Positions 26,394-36,586 of a stretch of 59,707 nucleotides of DNA are shown one piece after another. This stretch comes from Candidatus Kaiserbacteria bacterium. Lineage in GTDB: Bacteria > Patescibacteriota > Minisyncoccia > Phycocordibacterales > Phycocordibacteraceae. Numbering within the stretch: position 1 is the first letter of the stretch; every line of letters begins with the position of its first letter. The notes beneath the pieces are model-generated. The model did not search any database. It was not told the DNA's origin and saw only the letters and a program-made list of their open reading frames with translations. The stretch lies in the NCBI GenBank assembly GCA_029288835.1, contig JARIGN010000013.1, positions 1 through 59,707 of the forward strand, read 5' to 3'. Both the position numbers and the translations under genes were made by a program.

Positions 26394-27420
26394 GCAAGAA
26401 TGAGTCCTGCCAGTGGCGAGGATCTTCGACAACAATACCCGTGCCGCGTACCACAGCAGTGAGCGGGTCGGCGGTCACATGCACCGGTACCCCGAGCATC
26501 TTTGCGAGGAGTTCCGGAAGACCGCGCAAAAGCGCACCGCCGCCAAACACTGTCACGCCTTGCTCAAGCACATCAGAAAGGAGCTCGGGCGGCGTGTGCT
26601 CGATAACCTCTTTCATTGCTTCCATAAGGCTGTCGAGCGAAGGAGAGATTGCTTCCCGTACGTGTGAATCAGTCAAGAGAATTTCTCGCGGAAGACCCGT
26701 TGCAAGATCGCGGCCGCGCACCGCTTTCTCGAGCTCAGTCTCAAGCGGCATCACTGCACCAATGTCGATCTTCACCTCCTCTGCCGTGCGCTCCCCAATT
26801 GCAAGCTGGAATTCGCTGCGCACGTAGTCAATAATATTTTCATTAAAACGGTCTCCGGCGACCTGTGAGCTCTTTGAAGATACCGTGCCGCCAAGCGAAA
26901 GCACGGCAATGTCAGTGGTGCCGGCGCCAATATCGAGTACCATCGTACCGTTTGCTTCGATAATAGGGAGCTTTGCACCGATGGCGCCGGCTGTCGGTTC
27001 CTCAATAATGAATACTTCCCGCGCGCCGGAAGTCATCGCGGCATCACGTACCGCACGGCTTTCCACGTTCGTCACCCCGGTTGGCACGCCCACCACAACA
27101 CGCGGCCCCAGTAAGCGCGAGCGACCGTTCTGTGCCTTCTGCACGAAGTATGCAAGAAGCTCCTGCGTCACTTCAAAATCAGAGATAACTCCATGCGAAA
27201 GCGGCCGCACCGCACGAATATGTGGCGGTGTCTTTCCAAGCATCACCTTTGCCTCCTTCCCCACCGCTACCACCTGCCCGGTCTTGTCATTCACGGCCAC
27301 CACGGATGGCTCGTTCATCACGATGCCGCGCCCGCGTACATAGACGAGCGTATTTCCGGTGCCGAGGTCAATACCAATGTCGCTCGAGAAAAATGAGCTG
27401 CGAGAAATCTTAAGTGCCAT
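26365..27420 (-). CDS. mreB: rod shape-determining protein MreB
   Basis: IGIDLGTGNTLVY, DIGAGTTDIAV, GGGALLRGL actin-fold motifs. Confidence 0.95.
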   Translation of the reverse strand: MALKISRSSFFSSDIGIDLGTGNTLVYVRGRGIVMNEPSVVAVNDKTGQVVAVGKEAKVMLGKTPPHIRAVRPLSHGVISDFEVTQELLAYFVQKAQNGRSRLLGPRVVVGVPTGVTNVESRAVRDAAMTSGAREVFIIEEPTAGAIGAKLPIIEANGTMVLDIGAGTTDIAVLSLGGTVSSKSSQVAGDRFNENIIDYVRSEFQLAIGERTAEEVKIDIGAVMPLETELEKAVRGRDLATGLPREILLTDSHVREAISPSLDSLMEAMKEVIEHTPPELLSDVLEQGVTVFGGGALLRGLPELLAKMLGVPVHVTADPLTAVVRGTGIVVEDPRHWQDSFLHEEAILAQA

Positions 27421-28672
27421 ACCGTTGAAAAAGTTCCTCCCGAGTATACCGCTCTACCTCCCCGGTTGCACGATTCACCAGCTCAAGCGAGTTTCCGGCG
27501 AGCGCCTCCTTCCCTACCACAAGCCTGTTTGGAATACCGAGCAGGTCGCTATCAGCGAATTTCTCCCCAGCGCGCACGTCACGGTCATCGTAGAGCACCG
27601 CGGTACCGCGTGCGGTGAGATAGTCATAGAGCTCGTCGGCATATTGCACCGCCTCAGAATCGTTGGGCATGGCGTTCACGAGATGCAGCGCAAACGGTGC
27701 AATGCTCTCCGGCCATACGATGCCTTTCTCATCAGCAAGCGCTTCCACAACCACACCCATGAGGCGCGTGATGCCCATGCCATAGCAGCCCATGATTGGG
27801 TACTGATCATTACCCTCTTCGTCCTTATAGGTAAAACCGAGTGCCTTTGGATACTTTTGGCCGAGGTCAAACACATTGCCGACTTCTGAAGCAATACCTT
27901 GCTTGAGAGCGCTTCCATCTTTTGGACACGGATCACCCTCTTTTGCATTAGTTACTTCAACATTTGAGCAATAATTACAGGTTTCGCAATAGACTATCGT
28001 GTCTTCGCCTGCGTCCGTGAGCACCATAAATTCATAAGAGATCTTTTCACTAAAGCTCCCGCCAGACGCTTCCGTTACTTTTGCCACGAGGCCACACTCA
28101 GCAAATATTTTTATGTAGGCCTCCTTAACGACTTCATAGTACGCATCAAAATCTTCTTGAGACGTATGAAAGCTATACATGTCTTTCATGGTGAACTCAC
28201 GCCCGCGAAGCACGCCAGACTTTGCGCGAAGCTCATCGCGATACTTCTGCCCTATCTGGTAGAGCGCGAGCGGAAGGTCTTTATAGGATGGCGCATATTC
28301 TCCTGCTATAGGCGTGACGATTTCTTCCTCGCTTTGCCCAAGGGCATACTCTTTTTCGGTGCGGCTTTCAATCTTAAAAAGCACGTCCACGTTGTCCCAG
28401 CCGCCGCTTTGCTTCCATGGTTCTGAAGGGTGCAGCGTCGCCATGCGAATTTCTTGACCACTAATGGCATCCATTTCGCGACGAATTACCTTCTCAATGT
28501 TTTCAAGTACACGCCTGCCGAGCGGCAGATAGGAATACACACCAGCCATCTCCTTGTGCACATACCCTGCGCGAATCAGGAGCTGGGCGTTTTTCGCGAG
28601 CTCGTCACGCGGCGCTTCGCGCCGCGTCTTCGTAAATAGCCTGCTTTGTCGCATGTATCTAGTATACGACAT
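27410..28672 (-). CDS. proS: proline--tRNA ligase
   Basis: Class II motifs plus ProRS-typical N-terminus (RLFTKTRREAP..E...AQLLIRAGY). Confidence 0.92.
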   Translation of the reverse strand: MSYTRYMRQSRLFTKTRREAPRDELAKNAQLLIRAGYVHKEMAGVYSYLPLGRRVLENIEKVIRREMDAISGQEIRMATLHPSEPWKQSGGWDNVDVLFKIESRTEKEYALGQSEEEIVTPIAGEYAPSYKDLPLALYQIGQKYRDELRAKSGVLRGREFTMKDMYSFHTSQEDFDAYYEVVKEAYIKIFAECGLVAKVTEASGGSFSEKISYEFMVLTDAGEDTIVYCETCNYCSNVEVTNAKEGDPCPKDGSALKQGIASEVGNVFDLGQKYPKALGFTYKDEEGNDQYPIMGCYGMGITRLMGVVVEALADEKGIVWPESIAPFALHLVNAMPNDSEAVQYADELYDYLTARGTAVLYDDRDVRAGEKFADSDLLGIPNRLVVGKEALAGNSLELVNRATGEVERYTREELFQRYGT

Positions 28673-28740
28673 TACTTTGTTAGGAGCGACTGCGACTTAG
28701 AAAGTAAGGAGTGCCGCGGCAGCGACCGACGAGACGGGGC

Positions 28741-29907
28741 CTAATGCACCAATTTAAAGATATCGTGTACGGACACAATGATAATCAGTGCTATAAGAAG
28801 CACGAAACCAACCATATTCACGCGGTCCGCAATCTTAGGATTTAGTTTCTTTCGTCGTATTGCTTCAATGATCACAAAGAGGAGACGTCCTCCATCAAGT
28901 GCAGGAATCGGAATAAGATTAACAAAAGCCAAATTAATGGATATGAGCGCCGTATACCAAAGCAAGACACCGAAACCATTTGCCGCAGCATTTCCTACGA
29001 TGGGTGCAATGCCAATAGGGCCAGCAATTTCCGATAGGTTTGGCTTAAACGTGACGACCCCCTTAAGAAGCGAATAAAGACCAACGCCTGTTTGTGTCAC
29101 CATGGTCCAGAATATTTTTGCACTTAATACTGGGGCATCTTTTAAGGGAGTTTTCGTTATGCCAATCTCTTGAATAGCAACTCCAATAGCGGGTCGCGAA
29201 GGCTCATTGGTAACAATGTGCTGCTGAGGTATTGCCGTGAGCGTAAGAATTTTCGAATTGCGGTCAACGGTGAATTCAATCGGCGCGAGTGCCGTATCGC
29301 TTCCAATGAGCGAGATTACCGCTGCGGAGTTTGTGCCGTTATAGCTTATTCCTTCGGTAGGATAACGAATCATCGTGTTTTTAATCAGATCTCCTGTCTC
29401 AAATCCCGCTTTTGCAGCAGGAGAATTAGGAAGCACATCGGTAAAGATAACGGAAACATTTTTAGCAGCGCCTTCCTGCCCAGGCTCGAGAAGCTGCTGG
29501 CTACCAATGAGCTGTGAAGCAAATATCAACGCATAGGCTATAAGCAAATTCATAACTACACCGGCCACTAAGACGAGGGCCTGAATAATGCGCGGTTTAC
29601 TCGTAAATGCACGCGGGTCTGCAATTTCTTCACCCGTGTCGCTGACGACCGCTTGTTCACCAAAAATCCGCACAAACCCGCCAAACGGTAGCCAGTTCAG
29701 GGTATATTCTGTATCCCCTTTTTTCCAAAAGGTTAAGGCTCTGGGAGGAAAACCAAATCCAAACTCATCCACGCGCATTCCGGAAAGTTTCGCAACGATG
29801 AAATGCCCAAACTCATGCACGGCGACGAGCACCGCAATGACCGCCACAAGGAGGAGCGCCTCAAGCACACCCCCCTTTATGACGCTAAGATAGTGGAGCG
29901 CGTTCAT
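28741..29907 (-). CDS. rseP: RIP metalloprotease RseP (site-2 protease, M50)
   Basis: HEFGHF zinc motif, PDZ segment, NLIPIPALDGG. Confidence 0.9.
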   Translation of the reverse strand: MNALHYLSVIKGGVLEALLLVAVIAVLVAVHEFGHFIVAKLSGMRVDEFGFGFPPRALTFWKKGDTEYTLNWLPFGGFVRIFGEQAVVSDTGEEIADPRAFTSKPRIIQALVLVAGVVMNLLIAYALIFASQLIGSQQLLEPGQEGAAKNVSVIFTDVLPNSPAAKAGFETGDLIKNTMIRYPTEGISYNGTNSAAVISLIGSDTALAPIEFTVDRNSKILTLTAIPQQHIVTNEPSRPAIGVAIQEIGITKTPLKDAPVLSAKIFWTMVTQTGVGLYSLLKGVVTFKPNLSEIAGPIGIAPIVGNAAANGFGVLLWYTALISINLAFVNLIPIPALDGGRLLFVIIEAIRRKKLNPKIADRVNMVGFVLLIALIIIVSVHDIFKLVH

Positions 29908-29909
29908 GG

Positions 29910-30476
29910 CTAGAGCGAAATCTCTTCCTGCTTTCGCTTATAGTGGTCTTCAAGGGACGCATTGCCTGCGTCAATCTTTTTCTGGATCTCTTCCTTGTAG
30001 CGCGTGACGTCGTCCTTGCCCATACCCCCTTCCTTTTCATCAGCCTCGAGCTTTTTTATAGCTTCCCCACGATGGCCGCGCAGCGTCACGCGGGCATGCT
30101 CGAGCTTTTCGTTGGCGAGCTTGAGGAGCATGGTGCGGCGCTCTGCGGTAAGTTCAGGGAAAATAACACGGAGACCTTGGTCATCTACGGAGACTGAGAC
30201 GCCGAGGTCAGCATCCTGTATTGCCTTTTCGCATTCCTTTTGGAGACTTTTATCCCACGGCACGAAACGGAGCGTGCGGGCGTCTTCAACGGTGAGAGAG
30301 CCGATTTGATTGAGTGGCGTGCGTGAGCCGTATGCGTCTACCTTAATAGTATCGAGAAGGGCTGGGGTCGCGCGACCAGTACGGATGCCGGTGAACTCGC
30401 GGGTGAGCCATTCTTCAGTCTCTTTTATATGTGCATCAAGTGCAGAAAAATCGTATGCCATAGGAAGAGTATACAC
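29910..30476 (-). CDS. frr: ribosome recycling factor
   Basis: GIRTGRATPALLD...DLGVSVSVDDQGLRVIFPELTAERR canonical RRF. Confidence 0.95.
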   Translation of the reverse strand: MYTLPMAYDFSALDAHIKETEEWLTREFTGIRTGRATPALLDTIKVDAYGSRTPLNQIGSLTVEDARTLRFVPWDKSLQKECEKAIQDADLGVSVSVDDQGLRVIFPELTAERRTMLLKLANEKLEHARVTLRGHRGEAIKKLEADEKEGGMGKDDVTRYKEEIQKKIDAGNASLEDHYKRKQEEISL

Positions 30477-31210
30477 TACGGCATGACGAGCAGGAGGTGT
30501 TCAAAGATGAGCTTTAGGGGTGCTGAACGTTCGTGGAGGATGGGAAGGAATGACTGGAGATCGGAAAGAAGATCGACCGAGCCGGAATTGGCCGCGTTGG
30601 TGCCCAGGCGAGAACTCTTTTTGGTACCCTCGGTTTTTGTCCACTCTGAGTAGACAAATTCCGTGAGTCCCTCAACGAGCTGTATCGCTTCAAGGCGTGC
30701 AGCCTGCTTTTCATCGTCATTGTCAGATTTAGCTCTGTCTAAGATTTTTTCGATTATCTTCTCACGCCCCGTTTCGTTTGCCTTCATAAATTCTTGAGCA
30801 ATTCCACCTGCTTCACTTTTTGTATTGCTTGTCTTCTTTTCGCTTCTTTGCGCAGCAGGAAGCATGGCAAGACGGGAACGAAGGGTCGGCAAAAGCATTC
30901 CTTCTGAAGGAAGTATGAGAAAAAGAATGGTGCCTTCTGGCGGTTCTTCAAAAAGTTTTAATAACGCGTTTTGCGCTTCGTGGAAAAGGCGCGCGGCAGA
31001 GAGGACGATTGCCTTTTGGGTGCCGCTGGTTGTGGCAAAGTCAGCGAGTCCGCGCACCTTGCGCGCATCGTCTACCGAAAAAAGCCCATGCCGAAGCGTG
31101 ATGAGGTTTGGATTATTTGCCGGCTCGAGGCCGTAGGTTTCCAAAAGAAAGGCGTGGGCCTTCTGGATACCTTCCTCCAAATCCCCCGCTATGAAATATG
31201 CATGCGGCAT
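30476..31210 (-). CDS. holB: DNA polymerase III delta' subunit-like clamp-loader protein
   Basis: AQNALLKLFEEPPEGTILFLI sensor/box motif; start at the ATG at 31210 just below the upstream mreB stop. Confidence 0.75.
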   Translation of the reverse strand: MPHAYFIAGDLEEGIQKAHAFLLETYGLEPANNPNLITLRHGLFSVDDARKVRGLADFATTSGTQKAIVLSAARLFHEAQNALLKLFEEPPEGTILFLILPSEGMLLPTLRSRLAMLPAAQRSEKKTSNTKSEAGGIAQEFMKANETGREKIIEKILDRAKSDNDDEKQAARLEAIQLVEGLTEFVYSEWTKTEGTKKSSRLGTNAANSGSVDLLSDLQSFLPILHERSAPLKLIFEHLLLVMP

Positions 31211-31217
31211 AGGTGTG

Positions 31218-32231
31218 CTAATGCTTTGAGATAATGCTCTTTTTGTAGGTGTCGAGGTGGCGAAGGGCGACGCCAGTACCGCGGGCGACACAAAAATAGG
31301 CATCCTGGGCGAGGTTTGAGCTCACGCCCGTGCGGCGAAGCACGAGTTCAGGCAGGTTGCGAAGCTGTGAGGTGCCGCCGGTGAGAATGATGCCGTTATC
31401 AATAATATCTGAAGCGAGCTCGGGCGGCGTCTCCTGAAGCACTTTGCGAATGGCGCCCATCATTTCCCGAAGTTCGCGGTGCATTGCTTCTACAATTTCA
31501 TTTGATTTCAGCTCAACGGTGCGCGGAAGACCCGAGACCAGGTCACGCCCTTTCACGGCCATGGTGAGCTCTTCGTTGATGGGTACTGCGGTGCCTATCG
31601 CAATTTTAATTTCTTCTGCAGTCTTGTCCCCTATCGCGAGGTTGTATTGCTTCTTTACGTGGTCGATGATGGCGCGGTCGAGCTTATTGCCTGCACACTT
31701 CACGGAAGTGGAAGCGACTATACCGCCGAGGGAGATCACGGCAACGTCGGTCGTACCGCCGCCCATGTCCACGACCATGCGACCCATTGGCTCATGAATG
31801 GGAATGCCTGCACCTATAGCGGCTAGGATTGGCTCCTTCACCACAAACGCATCGCGCGCGCCTGCTTTCGCGGCCGCTTCAATGACGGCACGCTTTTCCG
31901 TGGAAGTAACGCCGGCTGGTACGGAAATGAGCACCGTTGGCTTGAAAAGGTTCATGCGGCCGAGTGCCTTGCGCATAAAATAACGAAGCATGGCCTCGGT
32001 CACGCGATAGTCAGCAATGACGCCGTCTTTCATCGGCCGGTATGCGGTGATGGAGTCGGGCGTGCGGCCGATCATTTGCTTTGCTTCCACGCCGATAGCT
32101 ACTACTTTGTTATTTTCTGTTGAAACCGCCACCACTGAAGGTTCATTGAGCACTACACCACGGCCCGGCACAAAAACGAGTACGTTTGTCGTGCCCAGGT
32201 CGATACCTAGTTTTGGCGACAGCATTGCCAT
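31218..32231 (-). CDS. mreB: MreB paralogue (actin-like rod-shape protein)
   Basis: LGIDLGTTNVLVF, DMGGGTTDVAV, GGTSQLRNL; start at the ATG at 32231 (the track ORF extends into the murA promoter region). Confidence 0.9.
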   Translation of the reverse strand: MAMLSPKLGIDLGTTNVLVFVPGRGVVLNEPSVVAVSTENNKVVAIGVEAKQMIGRTPDSITAYRPMKDGVIADYRVTEAMLRYFMRKALGRMNLFKPTVLISVPAGVTSTEKRAVIEAAAKAGARDAFVVKEPILAAIGAGIPIHEPMGRMVVDMGGGTTDVAVISLGGIVASTSVKCAGNKLDRAIIDHVKKQYNLAIGDKTAEEIKIAIGTAVPINEELTMAVKGRDLVSGLPRTVELKSNEIVEAMHRELREMMGAIRKVLQETPPELASDIIDNGIILTGGTSQLRNLPELVLRRTGVSSNLAQDAYFCVARGTGVALRHLDTYKKSIISKH

Positions 32232-32290
32232 TTGCCTAGAGTATACAACGCTTTCTCGCGACCACCAAAAACTCCTGCTATACTGGAGCC

Positions 32291-33601
32291 ATGCCGAGCG
32301 AATCTCAGAATTTTGTCGTCGAAGGAAAAAAGGTGCTTTCAGGTTCCATACTGACAAATCGCTCAAAAAATGGTGCCGTCGCGCTTCTTGCCGCTTCGCT
32401 CATTAATAAAGGGCGCACCACGCTTCATAAAGTACCTAAAATTGAAGAAGTGAACCGCCTGCTCGAAGTGCTTGAGTCTATAGGTGTAAAAATTCAGCGA
32501 GAAGACCATACTATTATCCTCACGCCGCCTGAGACGATCGATCTCTCCACCATTAACAAGGCAGCCGCCTCGAAAACCCGCAGCATTCTGATGTTCATCG
32601 GACCGCTCCTGCACCATTTTGCTTCCTTCGACCTTCCCCAATCCGGCGGCTGCAATTTCGGCACCCGCACGGTGCGCCCCCACCTCTGGGCACTCGAGCG
32701 CTTCGGCGTTACTATCGAAGCACTTTCCGACCGCTTTGCTATTTCCCATGCAGGCCTCTCTCCTGCTACGATAGTCCTTCTCGAATCAAGTGACACCGCC
32801 ACTGAGAATGCACTCTTTGCAGCAGCAGGAATTCCCGGTACTTCCGTCATTAAATACGCTTCCGCAAATTATCAAGTGCAGGAAGTGTGCGGATTCCTCA
32901 AAGCTCTTGGCGTGCAGGTTGAAGGAATTGGCACGAGCACGCTTACGGTCACCGGCCTCGCTTCAATTAATAAAGACGTGGCGTATACCGTCGCAGAAGA
33001 CCCAACCGATGCTATGTTCTTTCTCGCAGCGGGTATTGTTACGCAGTCTGCCCTCACTATTGTGAAGGCACCAATTGATTTCCTTGAGATCGAACTTTCC
33101 ATTCTCGAGAAGATGGGTTTGAATTATAGCCTCACTGATGCAGGCATTTCAGAAAACGGTATTACGAAGCTCGCCGACATTCATATAAACCCTTCCAAGC
33201 TTGTCGCCTTTCCTGAAAAAATTCATGCCCGCCCGTACCCAGGCCTTAACATCGACAATCTTCCTTTCTTCGCCGTCATCGCTACCCAAGCAGAAGGCAC
33301 CACGCTCATCCACGACTGGACCTTTGAGAAGCGCGCCATCTACTACACGGAGCTCGACCGTCTCGGTGCCGAAACGGTGCTCATGGACCCGCATCGCATC
33401 CAGATTCATGGCCCGACCCACCTCCGCGGCGCTGAGCTCGTCTGCCCGCCGGCGTTACGTCCTGCGACCATCCTCCTCATTGGTATGCTTGCTGCAGAAG
33501 GCCGCTCGATCCTGCGCAATATTTACAGCATTAACCGCGGCTATGAAGATTTAGTGACCCGTCTCCAGACCATTGGCGCCCAAGTGGAAGGTGTAGCATA
33601 A
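32291..33601 (+). CDS. murA: UDP-N-acetylglucosamine 1-carboxyvinyltransferase
   Basis: EPSP-synthase-fold MurA layout: KNGAVALLAASL, RTVRPH, full length. Confidence 0.93.
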   Translation: MPSESQNFVVEGKKVLSGSILTNRSKNGAVALLAASLINKGRTTLHKVPKIEEVNRLLEVLESIGVKIQREDHTIILTPPETIDLSTINKAAASKTRSILMFIGPLLHHFASFDLPQSGGCNFGTRTVRPHLWALERFGVTIEALSDRFAISHAGLSPATIVLLESSDTATENALFAAAGIPGTSVIKYASANYQVQEVCGFLKALGVQVEGIGTSTLTVTGLASINKDVAYTVAEDPTDAMFFLAAGIVTQSALTIVKAPIDFLEIELSILEKMGLNYSLTDAGISENGITKLADIHINPSKLVAFPEKIHARPYPGLNIDNLPFFAVIATQAEGTTLIHDWTFEKRAIYYTELDRLGAETVLMDPHRIQIHGPTHLRGAELVCPPALRPATILLIGMLAAEGRSILRNIYSINRGYEDLVTRLQTIGAQVEGVA

Positions 33602-33608
33602 TAGGGTC

Positions 33609-34397
33609 ATGAACGACGTGAAGCGCTATAGCCGCAAATACTTTGTGCTCTTGGTTTTTGTCATAATCGTGCTTTTGTTTGCAATTCCCTATATGCTCGG
33701 GTTTCGCCTTGGACCCGGCCTTCATATAGAACGGGTTGGAACACTCACCTTTAGTACCCTTCCAGCGAATACGTCTATCTATATTGACAGTACGCTTTAT
33801 AAAACGGTGACCAGCACGAGCACCGTAAGCGCCGAGCTCGTGGGCGGAAGCCATTCGATTATTGTATCTGTTCCGGGTGATTATCCCTGGGCGTCGCTCA
33901 CCCTCGTGACTTCCGGAAAGAGCACAACCGTCTCTCCGCTGCTCGTACACATGCGTCCCGACGTGACTCCCCTCACGGGCACCGCACAGTCAGAAGCGCT
34001 TACTGCACTAGCATCGAGCACCCTTCCGACTGAAGCTAAGCCAATGGTCATGGCAAACGGATGTGAAGACGTATATGTTGCGAACAATCAGATTATTGCT
34101 TCTGCCGTACAGGCGCCCGGCTGCACCCCGCCGCCGTATCTCTGTGAAGACGCGACCTGCTCCCCAACTATCGTCTACGCACCACTTGCCCCGCTCAAGG
34201 CCGTGCTCCCGTATCCACATCGGCAGGACGCCGTCGTGCTCCAGTTTGGCTCAACGCTCTTCGCGCTTTCTCTTGATCCGCGCAGCCCGCAGTTCTTCGC
34301 TCCTCTTCTTATTGGTTCAAACCCACGCATTGGTGAGCTTTCTGACGGCACTATCGTGGTACAGAACGGCACACCGGTCTTTAGCCTCAAGCTCTAA
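33609..34397 (+). CDS. membrane-anchored PEGA-domain-like protein
   Basis: N-terminal TM; LPANTSIYIDSTLYK...LVGGSHSIIVSVPGDYPW resembles the PEGA motif. Confidence 0.55.
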   Translation: MNDVKRYSRKYFVLLVFVIIVLLFAIPYMLGFRLGPGLHIERVGTLTFSTLPANTSIYIDSTLYKTVTSTSTVSAELVGGSHSIIVSVPGDYPWASLTLVTSGKSTTVSPLLVHMRPDVTPLTGTAQSEALTALASSTLPTEAKPMVMANGCEDVYVANNQIIASAVQAPGCTPPPYLCEDATCSPTIVYAPLAPLKAVLPYPHRQDAVVLQFGSTLFALSLDPRSPQFFAPLLIGSNPRIGELSDGTIVVQNGTPVFSLKL

Positions 34398-34430
34398 GCG
34401 CCCATTTCTCCTCTGGGATACAATAGAGGA

Positions 34431-36320
34431 ATGTACGTCCTCGAGGTTATTCCTTTTTCTCGCACTGCACCGGCTTCGTCGCTTTCGTACCGAAGTAGTA
34501 CCCGTCACCCTATTGGCACACTTCTTTCTGTACCCCTTCGCAGGAAGCAGGTGGTTGGGCTCGTGGTGGGAAGCGCGAGCGTGCAGGAGTCTAAGGCAGA
34601 ATTGAAGTCTGCACACTTTTCACTTTCCGCTGCCTCAGGAAAAGTAGTCGGCAAGCTTTCTCCTGCACTTCTTTTGGCGGCAAAGGAGACTGCTGAACAA
34701 CATGCGACTTCGCTCGGTGCGGTACTCTCTTCGCTTGTGCTCCCAGTACTTCCGGAAGATGCAGATGTCGGCGAGCTGCTGCAAAACGTGACGGTGCGGC
34801 GTGCTTCTGAAAAAAAATCTCGAGATTCACGCTTGCAAAACCTCACTCTGCAGCCACTTGAAATACCCTTTCTAGAGCGCGCTAATGCCTATCGGGAAAT
34901 TATTGAAAAAGAGAACGGTACCGTGCTACTGGTGGTGCCCACGCAGGCGGAAATTGATGAGTGGAGCTCATTGCTTTCAGCCTATAAACCGCTCGTGCTT
35001 TCGGGAAAGGTCACGGGCAAGCGCCGAGAACAGGCGCTCACCAAAGCCGTAACCACCTCGCCACGACTTGTTCTCTGCACCCCAACCTTTGCCTGGCTTC
35101 CCCTTCCACATCTTTCCCACATACTCGTGGAGCGTGTTTCAAGCGGCACCTATTCTCTCCCAAAGCGGCCGTATCTCGACATTCGCTTCGCGCTTCATGC
35201 GTTGGCTTCTGCACGAAAAATTCCTCTTATGTTTGGCGACTATCCGCTGCCGCTTGAGTACCGCGCGAAGCCTGATGCCGCGCTCAATTTTCCGAACGAA
35301 ACTATGCATGTGCTTGATACGCGCAGAAAAAAGGAAGCTGCAGCACAAGCGCCCTGGCAAGCAGTACCTGAACCAGTGCGAAAACAAATTGCGAAAGCAC
35401 TTGAGTGCACGAGCCCTGCATCATCACTCGCAGATAATGGACTCGCAGACAAAGGAATGGCCCCGAATAAAGTAGCGGTGCTGGCGGTGCGCCGCGGGTA
35501 CGCGCCAACGGTGGTGTGTGGTGACTGCGGCACTACCCTAAAAGATGAGCTTGGCCGGACCCTTTCCCTTGCAACTCTCGATGGAAAACGCGTCTTTCGT
35601 ACCAGCGACGGCGCGCTCACTCCCGCCGACCAAGCTTTTTGCAAAAACTGTGGAAGCTGGAACTTGATGCCACTCGGCATTGGTATTGAGCGCGTTGAAG
35701 AAGAGCTACGGCAAACTTTTCCCGAAGCCCGTCTCCTCCGTATCGACCAGGACTCTCAAAAAAACCCTTCCCTCAAGAAAATCCGCGCTGCCATTGCTGA
35801 AGCAGACCTCATCCTCGGGACTGAATTTATGTTGCCGTATCTTTCCCCGAGCGACAAAGTGTCGCTCGGGGTGATTGCTTCTGCTGACTCCTTGCTCGCG
35901 CTACCGTTTTGGCGCGCTCGCGAGCGATTCGTGCGCGTCTGCCTTATGCTCAGCGAGCGCGCCGAAAAGACCATTATAGCCACGCGCCAGCCGGAAGACT
36001 CCGCGCTTCAGCGGGGCTTTTGGAAAGAAGAAACAGGGCTGCGCGCCATGCTCAAGTATCCACCTTTTGGTACGCTCCTTGTTTTTCATATGGAAGGTAC
36101 CCAGGAGCGCATCGCCGAGTATCGCGCCGCTATTCGCGAAGCGTGTGTTCCCTTTGTGCCTTTTGAAATACCCGAGAAAATGATTTCTTCCACAAAATTT
36201 CATGCCTCCAGCGTCTTGCAACTTCCAAAAGAAGAGTGGCCGAACGAAAAGCTCATCAGGAACATCGCCCGGCTTTCCCCGGCAATACGCCATACTATTG
36301 ACTCAGAGAATCTTTGGTGA
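34431..36320 (+). CDS. priA: PriA-like primosomal protein N' with degenerate helicase motifs
   Basis: PriA N-terminal 3'-DNA-binding style (YVLEVIPFS...VPLRRKQVVGLVV), Cys-rich region CGDCG...CKNCGS; no GxGKT Walker A seen and DEEH position reads VERV. Confidence 0.75.
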   Translation: MYVLEVIPFSRTAPASSLSYRSSTRHPIGTLLSVPLRRKQVVGLVVGSASVQESKAELKSAHFSLSAASGKVVGKLSPALLLAAKETAEQHATSLGAVLSSLVLPVLPEDADVGELLQNVTVRRASEKKSRDSRLQNLTLQPLEIPFLERANAYREIIEKENGTVLLVVPTQAEIDEWSSLLSAYKPLVLSGKVTGKRREQALTKAVTTSPRLVLCTPTFAWLPLPHLSHILVERVSSGTYSLPKRPYLDIRFALHALASARKIPLMFGDYPLPLEYRAKPDAALNFPNETMHVLDTRRKKEAAAQAPWQAVPEPVRKQIAKALECTSPASSLADNGLADKGMAPNKVAVLAVRRGYAPTVVCGDCGTTLKDELGRTLSLATLDGKRVFRTSDGALTPADQAFCKNCGSWNLMPLGIGIERVEEELRQTFPEARLLRIDQDSQKNPSLKKIRAAIAEADLILGTEFMLPYLSPSDKVSLGVIASADSLLALPFWRARERFVRVCLMLSERAEKTIIATRQPEDSALQRGFWKEETGLRAMLKYPPFGTLLVFHMEGTQERIAEYRAAIREACVPFVPFEIPEKMISSTKFHASSVLQLPKEEWPNEKLIRNIARLSPAIRHTIDSENLW

Positions 36321-36563
36321 CATAATATACAAGCTAGGCTATAAGGCTGGTCCCTGGGAAGGACATTCCTGAAAAGGAAAGGTATTGCAGCTGAAATGCA
36401 GCGAAAGCAACTAGCAAACGGGTGCGCTAAGGAATACAGAAGTTCTGCTGACAGGAAAGGTTTTTCCCCGACCCGCCCACTGGCGCAGAATTTGTTCTTT
36501 GGTGCACCCGCCCCACCCTTTATGTTTTCTCTAGATTTTTATTCAGACGTTGCTCTTTCACCG

Positions 36564-36586
36564 GCGCCCCACCAGGCGCTTTTTTC
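36564..36586 (+). terminator. possible intrinsic terminator inside the priA-def spacer
   Basis: GCGCC-CCACCA-GGCGC followed by TTTTTT, 245 nt after the priA stop and 19 nt before the def ATG. Confidence 0.45.
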
